Shown piece by piece: positions 9,141 to 18,513 of a DNA stretch of 64,000 nucleotides. How positions within the stretch are numbered: position 1 is the stretch's first letter; each line of letters starts with the position of its first letter. The DNA comes from Longimicrobiales bacterium (lineage in GTDB: Bacteria; Gemmatimonadota; Gemmatimonadetes; Longimicrobiales; Gaopeijiaceae). The notes below the pieces were generated by a model. The model saw nothing but the letters and a program-made list of their open reading frames with translations. It ran no database searches and was not told where the DNA came from. The stretch is taken from assembly GCA_965198065.1 (NCBI GenBank), contig CBDAON010000004.1:2432001-2496000 (forward strand). Direction: 5' to 3'. The position numbers were made by a program, and so were the translations under genes.

Positions 9141-9927
9141 CTTCGCCACGTGTCACTCGTGAGTCGCCCTGTAGGCCTCCGGACTCTCGCGAAAATCACC
9201 CTGATCAGGCGAGTCCTCCAACCCCAAGAAGACCACGAGCGGCCGAGTGAGCGCCCGATTGACCCGGTCTTCCGAATAGGGCGCACCCGACAGGCCGTAG
9301 GGGAACGCCTGCGCAGCGTCAGGCATCGTGTACCAACCCGAGTTCGCCGCTATAGAGAGCGCGAACCGAGCGTCCGGGAGGAACAAAATCATGCGGTGGA
9401 TGAACTGACCGCCAGCGGAGTGTCCGAATAGGACGTAGTAGCCCATGACCGACGATGCCGAGGTCCGGAACGCGTCGAAGAGCTGCTCGACAGCCTCGAA
9501 ATACCACCCTGCTTCCCGCCGATCTCGGCCGAACCATGAGACGATGTTCCCTGTGTTGTACTTCCATTCCCACCGGCTGTTGAGCCGAACAAACTCTTCC
9601 TTGCCGAACTCCGGCGCGATCACCAGCAATCCGTGCTCCTGGGCGACCCCAACCCAGGCTTCCAGATAGTCCTCGGCGTTCCGGCCAGCCCCATGCACTC
9701 ACGATGACTGCGCGGAGTGAGTCGGTCATTGAGTCGGGCCTGAAATACCACACACGCGTCACGCCTTCGAGCGGCAGCTGGCTCGCCTCGATGGAGTGCT
9801 TCCCAAGCTCGATCGCAAGGGGATCCGAGAGGGTTGGCGCATCAGACTGACATCCCGACAAGGCCGCTAGCGCCGCGAACGACACTCGTCCTGCGCGTCG
9901 CCTGTCCAGATGTGTGCGCCCGTTCAA
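9141..9927 (-). pseudogene. Lipoprotein alpha/beta hydrolase, frameshifted and 3'-truncated by IS3
   Basis: Lipobox-like LSGC, HGAGRNA, GHSAGGQF nucleophile elbow, ANSGWY; frameshift near 9700. Confidence 0.7.
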
Positions 9928-10141
9928 ATCACCACCCGTGGGACTTATGGAGAGTCTGACGCCACCCTCAAAGCAATACTCACGACTGACGCGTCACGGT
10001 GCCAGAATCAGAGCAGGGGGTCCCACGAAGAACGTACACCATACGTTCCGAAAATCCTGTCGCAGAATCTGCACGGGTGGGTCTCTCTACGGGACCCATT
10101 TACACCCCCTCCTGGGGGGCATCGGTGAGTCAAATCCTGTT

Positions 10142-10417
10142 CTAGATGGGACCAACTGACCCGGCCCGACCGAGACGCTGGCAAGGAGGCTTCCGGGGAC
10201 GTAGGCTACAGCAGGAAGCGGGGCCGTAGGCCGAATCGTTACCTAGCCCTCTCGGGCAGCGTTGGCTCCCTACAAAGCCCGCGAACTCCTCAAGATGCGG
10301 TAGGCCCTTCTCTAGGATGTCACGCATCGAGCCGCGGAGTTCGTTCGGGGGACGACCGCCGCCCTTGTTGCCGGGGACCCCGCCGGGGAGGAGTGCCCCA
10401 CCGTGCTTCTGAGGCAC
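10142..10417 (-). pseudogene. Terminase small subunit-like fragment
   Basis: PQKHGGALLPGGVPGNKGGGRPP followed by a helical segment; paralog of 11431-11835. Confidence 0.4.
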
Positions 10418-10497
10418 TCTCCCGGAGCCACCAGGAAAGAACCGGGCCCCAGCGCAGGCATCATCGCCGCACCGGGGCCCGATGAGCGCGGAGGGCG

Positions 10498-11208
10498 TCA
10501 GGCTCCCGCCTCAACCAGCGTCGCGGTGTTGACCTTGGTCATCTCGGGGAAGTTCTCGTCGAGATACTTGTTCCCCTGGACCCAGGCCTCGGCGTAGTCC
10601 GGGCCGTTCCCTGCGGGGGGCAGCTCACCGTAGCCGGCGTAGATCTTGTCCATGACGTCCAGACCTTCGACCACCTCTCCGAACGGCGTGAACCCACTCT
10701 CGTCCAGGTGCGTGTTGTCCTTGAAGTTGAAGAACACCTGGGTGGTGCGGGTGTCGGTGCCGGCGTGGGCGAAGGTGATCGTGCCCCGCCTGTTCGACTG
10801 GATGAACGGATCGTCCGGGAATTTCGCGTCCCTCCACGCCTGGTCGATGGCGGGCACGCCTTTGAAGCCGAACTGGGCCATGAACCCCTCGACCACGCGG
10901 TAGAACCTGGTGTCATCGTAATAGCCGTTCTTCACCAGGTTGTAGAAGCGGTCCGCGCCGTTGGGCGACCACGCGCGGTTCACCTGGACGACGATGGGGC
11001 CCACCGACGTCTCGAAGCGCACCTGGTACGTCTCGGGCGCCGTCTCGGTGAGGTTGGCGGGGGTGAGGAGGGGGCTGTCGGCCGGCACCGCCTGCTCTGC
11101 CGGGGCGGGCTCCTGCGCGGGCGCCTCCTCCTGGGGCTCGCCTCCGCCGCAGCCACCGACCAGCGAAGCGGCGACGAGGAGGGCGAGGCTGGAGAACTTG
11201 CGTTTCAT
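10498..11208 (-). CDS. Cyclophilin-type peptidyl-prolyl isomerase, lipoprotein
   Basis: Lipobox VGGC; FYRVVEGFMAQFG, RTTQVFFN, FTPFGEVVEG. Confidence 0.92.
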   Translation of the reverse strand: MKRKFSSLALLVAASLVGGCGGGEPQEEAPAQEPAPAEQAVPADSPLLTPANLTETAPETYQVRFETSVGPIVVQVNRAWSPNGADRFYNLVKNGYYDDTRFYRVVEGFMAQFGFKGVPAIDQAWRDAKFPDDPFIQSNRRGTITFAHAGTDTRTTQVFFNFKDNTHLDESGFTPFGEVVEGLDVMDKIYAGYGELPPAGNGPDYAEAWVQGNKYLDENFPEMTKVNTATLVEAGA

Positions 11209-11430
11209 GGTAGGCTCCTGGATGAAGACGGGCCGCCCAGAATGCGCATTTGTCCGCTCCGGGCTTGGAAACAAAGCTAGCGCGATGAAGAGGGACACTG
11301 CTAGCCGGTCGGGCACAATCTGGGGCACGCGCCCGTCACGGGCGTATAGTCCAAGTAAGACTCCGCGACGGCTGTTCAGTAGCTAGTCCCATTCTGCCAT
11401 CCCTACCGAACGCCAGGTGGTCGATTACCC

Positions 11431-11835
11431 TCACGCCATCACCCTGCTGGCGAGCACGGGTATCCATGCCTTTTTGACCTTCGCGATCAAGGCTGGATCA
11501 TCGGAGAGCACGCCTTCAGTCGCGTCCCACAGCTCATCGATCAGGTCTTCGTCGTAGGCAACGGCCCGCAAAGTGTACTTCGCCGCCAAGGAGGCCAGCT
11601 TGATCGCGTCGCTGTCGGATAGGTCTCCCGCTTTGAGCTTCTCCTGCAACTCATCCAACGTGTCGTCGCGGAGTTCGGCCAACCTGTCTCTGACCTTCGA
11701 CTTCTCCCGCCCGCCACCCTTGTTGCCGTAGTTACCGCCCCTCTTGAGTGCGCCACCATGAGGCTGGGGCACCAAACCTCCGGGGTCTCGACCGGAGTCT
11801 CCCGGTGGCTTCTTGTTGTCGCTCACGGGACCCAT
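11431..11835 (-). CDS. Hypothetical phage-type protein, terminase small subunit-like
   Basis: PQPHGGALKRGGNYGNKGGGR then helical domain; adjacent to an att-like site. Confidence 0.45.
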   Translation of the reverse strand: MGPVSDNKKPPGDSGRDPGGLVPQPHGGALKRGGNYGNKGGGREKSKVRDRLAELRDDTLDELQEKLKAGDLSDSDAIKLASLAAKYTLRAVAYDEDLIDELWDATEGVLSDDPALIAKVKKAWIPVLASRVMA

Positions 11836-11896
11836 CCTCCGCCTAGTCGTGTCCCCTGATGTGCACCCCGACTGGACGGATGCCCGGCCTGGGGGG

Positions 11897-11917
11897 GTAC
11901 CGGTTTGTGTACCGGTT
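11897..11917. repeat. Direct repeat pair GTACCGGTT (integrase arm-type site-like)
   Basis: GTACCGGTT-tgt-GTACCGGTT about 100 nt from the tRNA-Val half. Confidence 0.5.
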
Positions 11918-12018
11918 CAGATCCACAAAAGGGGGTGGAGGGCTCAGCCCCCCACCCCGAACTTCGTGATGTTATTACTTGATTGTCTCGAAAACCGTGA
12001 AAAAGCCCAGCCCCTTGG

Positions 12019-12063
12019 CCCGCTTGTAAGGCAGGCGCTCTGAACCAACTGAGCTAAGCGCCC
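12019..12063 (-). pseudogene. 5' half of tRNA-Val(TAC); att scar
   Basis: GGGCGCTTAGCTCAGTTGGTTCAGAGCGCCTGCCTTACAAGCGGG: acceptor 5' strand, D-arm and anticodon arm, no T-arm. Confidence 0.85.
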
Positions 12064-12384
12064 TTCAGCACCCAACCTACTACACTACAATCATTTAAAC
12101 CATACTTCATCCTGCCATTGAGTCCGCATGCAAACATTGATTGGGCACAGAACCTGCCAGGCTACCCTCCCGATCCAGCCTCTGCCTCCCGGTTGAAAGT
12201 AGCACCTGCTCAGCGATCTGAAGAACGGCCCGACGGACGGGGAGCTAAGAGCCAGAGGTCGCCACGCCGAGAAGGCGTCGGAACTCCGAGTCTAGGTCCC
12301 TCACGTCGTTTGGGGGTGTGGCCCCGATGAAGACGGCGCTAAGGAAATTTCTGGAGAGGTAAAGCGCGTCGATGACCGCTTGAG

Positions 12385-12801
12385 TCACCGTACGAAATCA
12401 GGCGACCCGACGCTCACCCTGAAGTCTACCCCGCGCGTTAGCGTGTTCACCATGATGCAGCCGTTCTCCGCGATTCTCACGAGGCGCTCAAAGAGGTCGC
12501 TGTCGGCGCAGTCGCCGGTTACCTCCAGGGAGACGGAAGTGAATCGTGAGGGGCTATCGGCGAGAGTTCCCGTCACGAGGGTCTCTACGTCCGAAACGTC
12601 GGCCTCGCGCGCCCTGATCGCTGCGAGCATGGTGCTCATGAAGCAACCTGCGACCGCTGTCAAGAAATACTCGCCGCCCATGGGACCTTCGTCGGCGCCG
12701 CCTTTGGCCTCGGGCCGGTCGACTAGCACTTTGTGCTCTCGAATGGTCGCCTCGCTCGTCGACGGGCCAACCTGACGGACTCGGACCTTCATCTCTGCCA
12801 T
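12385..12801 (-). CDS. OsmC/Ohr-family protein
   Basis: GGADEGP, AVAGC...NGCIMVNTL two-Cys pattern. Confidence 0.88.
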   Translation of the reverse strand: MAEMKVRVRQVGPSTSEATIREHKVLVDRPEAKGGADEGPMGGEYFLTAVAGCFMSTMLAAIRAREADVSDVETLVTGTLADSPSRFTSVSLEVTGDCADSDLFERLVRIAENGCIMVNTLTRGVDFRVSVGSPDFVR

Positions 12802-12961
12802 GGTTCGCTCATTCTCCGGGTGGCATCAAATCGAGTCGCAACGCGCTCCAGCCGCACGTCCGCTCCCGCCTGACGGAGCCGCTCGGCCATCCAGGTCGTG
12901 GGTCCAAGTTGAGTCTCAGATTCGAGAACCGCTAGTAGATCGAACTGCGCCGGTACAGGTC

Positions 12962-13021
12962 TGGACACATTTTGGACACGGACGCCCCTAAAGGATCCGA
13001 AACAGACCTAAAGGATCCGAA
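12962..13021. repeat. Direct repeats TGGACAC x2 and CCTAAAGGATCCGAA x2 (att arm region-like)
   Basis: Repeats at 12962/12973 and 12987/13007, upstream of the tRNA-Cys half. Confidence 0.55.
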
Positions 13022-13088
13022 GTCTGAAAACCCGGAAAGCCCCGTCTCCACTAAGGAAACGAAGCCTTCCGAACTAGAACGAAAACCA

Positions 13089-13139
13089 GAGAGGTTACTG
13101 CAAATCCTCTATCCCCGGTTCGAATCCGGGCGGCGCCTC
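13089..13139 (+). pseudogene. 3' half of tRNA-Cys(GCA); att scar
   Basis: ACTGCAAATCCTCTATCCCCGGTTCGAATCCGGGCGGCGCCTC: anticodon loop, T-arm, acceptor 3' strand; no D-arm. Confidence 0.85.
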
Positions 13140-13437
13140 TTGGGTTAAACAGCAATACTACAATGACTTATGCAAACGGCGGAGGGCCTTCGTGGGCTTC
13201 TAGGGTCGCTTAATCCGCAACGTACTAGACACCAGGGCGCATCATGGGAAGGTGCATGACTTCAGGGCGTCTGGATCTACTCTCAGAATCTTCAGTGTGT
13301 TCTTGGTACCTCGCCCCAGAACATAAAGTGTGGGACGAGTCCAATCCGCGTCCTGTCTCGTGGAGTCTCCATCTATCGTGAGATCGCCCGAACCGACCTG
13401 AACTCCTGGCCCCTGCCGTACGGTGCCCCAACATCGA

Positions 13438-13668
13438 ATGAACGAAGATCTCAGCGACGAAGCCGATTCGCTGAATAGTGTCGCCGCCGACAGCGGAGCC
13501 GAGGTAACCTGTCCCCATCGCGGAGAGACGGCGACGATCGTGCTGGACCCTGGCGGAGGCGTGCGTCAGGAGTACATCGAGGATTGCGAAGTGTGCTGCC
13601 GACCCTGGCAAGTCCAGGTCCATTACGACGGCCTCGGGGTCGCGACTGTCACGTTGGAGCCGACCTAG
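13438..13668 (+). CDS. CPXCG cysteine-rich small protein (one Cys replaced by Arg)
   Basis: VTCPHRGE...QEYIEDCEVCCRPW. Confidence 0.75.
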   Translation: MNEDLSDEADSLNSVAADSGAEVTCPHRGETATIVLDPGGGVRQEYIEDCEVCCRPWQVQVHYDGLGVATVTLEPT

Positions 13669-14142
13669 TTCGAGTCCGGCACCACCTGCCTCAGGACGCC
13701 AGCCCCGACCATTCCGGTGGCACCGAAGCTCCCTGCTCCCAGCTTCCTGTTCCACGTTCGATCACGGCCGTACGCCGAGGTCGATCGGCCAATGCCGCCC
13801 AGCTCCGGCAGCAGGTTGACACAGCCGCAATCAATCATTTGGAACCCACATCGCCTGCAGCCTTCACGATGTCGTGATAGGCCTTGTGCGTGGCTGTCCA
13901 GACATACACGAACAACCAGGTCAACAGCCCACCTATGACCAACGTGGCGAGGGCAAGCCACATTGATTCGGCTGGCCGCCGAGCCCAGATGTAGACAACC
14001 AGAGCTATCGTGGCTAACGCAGGACTCTATCTTGAGTTGTACTGGGAGCATTAGCCGCAATAGCATCTGGCGTGAATCCTGGGCCTACTCTAACCGTAGG
14101 ATGAGACAACCGAACTGCGGCGCTCACTCTTCTTAAGGGGAA

Positions 14143-15100
14143 TGACCTGCCCCGAAGAGCGGTACCACAACCTATGTTAGTCCCAGCACCTGGGGAGGGC
14201 GGTGAAGGACGGGCATCCTCAGGAACCAGGGCGACGGCTTAATCGCCTCAGGGGCCGGGGGAAAGCCGCCGCAGGCGCTGTGGGGTCGGACGGTATCGTA
14301 CTCGCGCCTCCATTGCTCGACCAGCACGGCCGCCTCCGCCAACGAGCAGAAGATCTCCCCGTTCAACAGCTCGTCCCTGAGCTTGCCGTTGAAGCTCTCG
14401 TTGTAGCCGTTCTCCCACGGGCTGCCCGGCTCGATAAAGAGCGTCTCGACGCCCACGCGCCCCAACCACCACCGCACGGGCTTCGCGGTGAACTCCGGTC
14501 CGTTGTCCGACCTCAGATACTCGGGAGGGCCCGTGTCGGACGAACAGATCGTCCAGCACCTCGAGCACGTCGTGCGAGCGGATCTTGCGAGCCACCACGA
14601 TCGCCAGGCACTCCCTCGTGTGCTCGTCCAGCACTGTCAGCAGCTTCAGCGCACGCCCGTCGTGCGTCCTCGAGGCCACGAAGTCGTACGACCAGACGTG
14701 GCCCCGATACAGCCGGCCTCAGCCGGATGCACGATCCGTCGTTGAGCCACAGCCGACCTCGCTTCGGCTGCCGCTCCGGGACCTTCAGCCCCTCCTGCCT
14801 CCAGATCCGCTCCACCCGCTTGTGCTTCACCCCCCAGCCCTCGATGCGGAGCGTGTCCGTGACGCGTCGCTAGCCGTAGCGGCCGAATCGACTCGCGAGT
14901 CGCACGATATCACCTCGGAGCGCCCCCTCGTCACTCGCCACTTTCCTCGCCCCGCGCTGGGTCGTGCGTGGCTGCCCGAGCACCCGGCACGCTCTCCTCT
15001 CCGACGCCCCGAGCTGCTGACGTACACGCACCACACAACGTCGTCGGCCCTCGGGGCTCAGAAGTTTCCCTTGGCCGCTTCCTCCACGATCAGCTTGTCC
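14143..15100 (-). mobile_element. Divergent IS3-family element C, 5'-truncated and degenerate
   Basis: IR TGACCTGCCCCGAAGAGCGGTACC; orfB fragments with frameshifts and TAG at 14870; orfA cut at DKL by copy B. Confidence 0.85.
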
Positions 15101-16381
15101 TGCCCCCAAAAGCGGTACCACCTAGAGTGTTAGTCCAAGCACCTCCTTTTGGCTGGGGGGTGGTCCAAGAAGCAGAGGTAGGTTGAGCAGCTTTGGGTCT
15201 GGCCGGATCGCTTCGGGGGCCGGGGGTCGATAACCCAGAGAGCTGTGCGGTCGATGCGTGTTGTATTCGCGCCGCCACTGCTCGATCAGCACCTTCGCCT
15301 CCTCCAGCGAATGGAAGATTTCGCGCTTCAGCAGCTCGTTTCGGAGCGTGCCGTTAAAGCTCTCATTGTAGCCGTTCTCCCACGGGCTGCCCGGCTCGAT
15401 GAACAGCGTCTTCACGCCTAGCTCACCGAGCCACTGCCGAACCACTCGGGCCGTGAACTCCGGACCGTTGTCGGAGCGAAGATTCGCCGGTGGACCGTGC
15501 TCGGCAAACAGCTCGCTCAGCGTCTGCAGAACATCGTCCGCCTGAAGCCTGCGAGTCACCACGATCGCCAGGCACTCCCGGCTGTACTCATCCAGCACCG
15601 TCAGCATCTTGAGCGGCCGTCCATCATGCGTCCGGTCCGCCACGAAGTCATACGCCCATACATGGTGTCGGTACAGGGGCCGCAGTCGGATACAAGAACC
15701 GTCGGTCAGCCACAGCCTTCCCTCGTTTCGGCTGCTTACTTGGCACCTTGAGCCCCTCCTGTCTCCAGATCCGCTCCACCCGCTTGTGGTTCACGGCCCA
15801 GCCCTCCGTCCTCAGCATCCCCGTCACCATCCGGTACCCGTAGCGTCCAAACCGTCGGGCCACCTTCACCACGTCCTCTCTCAGCGCCTCCTCATCTTCG
15901 CTTCGCTTCGGTATCCGACGCTGCGTCGAGCGTGCCTGGCCCAACACCCGGCACGCCTTGCGCTCACTCACCCCAAGCCGCTGGCGTACTTGCACCACGC
16001 AGCGTCTGCGCCGCTCGGGGCTTAGAAGTTTTAGCTCGAGAAGGAGAACCAACAGCTGAAGCGGGCGGTGGCAGAGCTGACGCTGGACAAGCTGATCTTG
16101 AAGGAAGCCTCCGAGCTCCTTGAGACGCTTCGCCTGGCTCAGCTTCATTCCCCCGTACTCCCGCCGCCATCGGTAGTACGTTTGCTCGCTCACCCCCAGG
16201 TCTCGCCACACCTCTTTGGTCGTATTGCCGTTCGCCAGGGCCACCTCTGCCTTGCGTAGCCGGTTGATGATCTGTGCCGGACTCAGCCTCTTTGGTGCGG
16301 CCATTGTGCCCTCCCCTTTCGTGTCTTGACCCCGTCCAGATTCTAAAACTGGACTCGGTCTCGTTTTAGGGGGGTAGATCA
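15096..16381 (-). mobile_element. IS3-family element copy B (same as A, no IS1595) with internal micro-inversion
   Basis: Near-identical to 5723-9140; orfA starts 16304; 16039-16111 is inverted. Confidence 0.9.
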
Positions 16382-16902
16382 CCCGCCTCTCGCTGCAAAT
16401 AAGTGTTATGCAGGTGCGAGATGTACACGACGTAGTAGCCAGGTCCATCGAGTCTGTGCTCTTCACCATAGGCACTGGGCACTTGCTGACACTCCTGTTC
16501 GTGAGTCAAGAGTTCGTCGCCGCGGGAGCTCCCCCTGTTTCCCACTTCCACACCCTGGGCGGTATGTTGCTGGCCGGGCACTCTCTGGAGAACGCTTCTG
16601 GCGGCGCCGCACTGGGCTTCATTGCAGTCGCCCTTGGCACCTTGACGCTGAACTATGTGCTGTACCGGGCGAGGCTCGTGCCTCGATGGATATCCGCATT
16701 CGGTCTTCTCGCAGGCGCATCGCTTCTGGCGGCGCGCGTAATGGCGATATCTGGTCTCGAGCTCTCCCCAGCTACCGTGACCATACTGGATGCGCCGATC
16801 TTCCTGGAGGAAATGGTGGTCGCGGTATGGCTGATCGTCAAAGGCTTTGATGCATCGGCATTGGCGGGAGGGCCTCAAGGACTGGTGCACTCGACCGAGT
16901 AG
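16382..16902 (+). pseudogene. DUF4386-like membrane protein, 5'-truncated by IS3
   Basis: LYRARLVPRWISAFG, APIFLEEMVVAVWLIVKGF. Confidence 0.75.
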
Positions 16903-16984
16903 CACATCGCGGTGCGCACTCTAACAAGGCGCCAGGCTCGCGCGCTTCGCTTGCGCGGACGACGCTGGTTCGGAGCCAGACCGC

Positions 16985-17038
16985 CTCATCCTCGTCCAGA
17001 ACTTCTTCGAGGAATTGAGGCAGGTGGTGCCGGAGTGA
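16985..17038 (+). repeat. Dispersed C-terminal gene-tail remnant LILVQNFFEELRQVVPE* (copy 1)
   Basis: Near-identical inverted copy at 22582-22637; 19-bp core also at 13675-13693. Confidence 0.7.
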
Positions 17039-17049
17039 GGAACAGAGAA

Positions 17050-17256
17050 GAACCTGGAGACTGGAGGAGTCGGCGGTGAAGACCCTGACTCCGACGATCG
17101 GGTTCCGCGAGACCGCGTCCTCGACGCGGCCCTGAAGGACGACAGGCGGCACCTGGGCGCTGGCGGCCGAGGCCAGCAGCAGGTACGCCCCAGGAGCACC
17201 CATCCGGACCGCGCTCGCATCACCGGCACATTGGGATGACGCGCAGGTCCATTCAC
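17050..17256 (-). pseudogene. N-terminal fragment of a secreted carboxypeptidase-regulatory-like domain protein
   Basis: Signal-like LLLASAASAQ then VLQGRVEDAVSRNPIVGVRV; truncated. Confidence 0.5.
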
Positions 17257-17274
17257 TCGCCCGCCAGAGGGCCG

Positions 17275-18459
17275 CTACCGAAGCGGAGTCGTGACGCGCG
17301 CCCCCACCATCCGCAGAGTCGCGCCCAGGGTAGTCTGCATTGCGTTGAAGCCGAGCAGGAAGTCCCAATCGGTGTACGTGACGAAGAGGTCGGTCGGCCG
17401 ATGCCAGTGGGGTCGGAGCCGCGGGCTCCGTAGCCTACCAGACCCTGCCACCCGATCTCGTAACGCCGCCGGTTCTCGCGCACGCTCACGGCTGCCACGA
17501 CGTCCATGAACGGAGTCGAGTCGGTGTTGCTCATGGCGTTGCTGAGCGCGGCCGGGAAGTCGGTGGCGAACATGCGATTGGCGTTGATCATCGCGATGCC
17601 GAGCTGCGCCGAATCTTCCCACTTCTCGGAGTTGATCTGAAACTCGACGTCCACGTCGGCGTTCCACGCCTGGTGCAGCGCGGGCGGGTTGCCCCGATCA
17701 TAGAGCACCTTGTCGTGCTGGATCATGGCGATCCAGCGGGGCTCGGGGTAGCGGCCCGAGCCTGGCGGATCCTCGATGCCCTGGAGCTCGGCCCGCTGCG
17801 CCACGTACGCCCGTGCTCCGTTGAGGCCCGTCTCCTCGTTGTTCCAGAGAGCGAAGCGCACCGAGCGCTCGGTTTGGATGTCGGGTGAGGCCAGTACGCG
17901 GGCGATCTCCATCACCAGCGCCGTACCCGAGGCGTTGTCGTTGACAGCCTCGCCGTTTCCCGCGCCCATCCATGTGGGCGCCCAGGATGACCATCTCCTC
18001 GGGGTTGGTCGTGCCCCAGTTGGTGGCGTAGACCTGCCAGCGCGACTCGTTCTGAGGCCCGTACGCATAATGGAGCCGCTCGGTCTCGTATCCCCAGTTC
18101 TAAAGCTGCGCCTCGATCCACTCGCTGGCGTGCACGTTCCCCTCGGTGCCCTGTTGCCGGTCGCCGAACTGCGCCAAGCCGCGGATCAGCTCCTTGTAGC
18201 TGTCGAAATCGAGACGCTCGACCGCCACCTGGATCATGCTGTCGGCCGGGGCCATGGGCACTCTGGAATTCGGGTTGCCGGACGCGTTGAGCACGCCGCT
18301 CGGGATCTGACGCGGTCCCGCCGCGCCCTGACCGAAAGCAGGCCCCGCCGAGGCCGCCAGCAACGCCGCCACGGCGACCGCTCGCAAGGCGGAAGGGGCC
18401 GGGAAGCAGTGGCGCGCATCTCCCGGGCTCCGGGCCACGGCGATCGGATGGGTGACCAT
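17275..18459 (-). pseudogene. M28 metallopeptidase, multiply frameshifted
   Basis: GAHMD, NDNASG, NNEETGLNG, QHD, PHWH motifs spread over several frames. Confidence 0.75.
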
Positions 18460-18513
18460 TGTATTCCTCCTCCCACGTGAGGGTGTCCGTCTGGAGCACG
18501 CGCCCCCCCTGGA

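Noticed and set aside
12019..13139. Split or trans-spliced tRNA formed from the two halves
   Set aside because: Halves belong to different isoacceptors (Val TAC, Cys GCA), both contain an anticodon loop, and the flanks look like att sites
14010..14058. GTGGCTAACGC...GCATTAGCCGC inverted repeat as an attC or ncRNA
   Set aside because: Only about 50 nt, lacks a proper GTT box and has no adjacent cassette ORF
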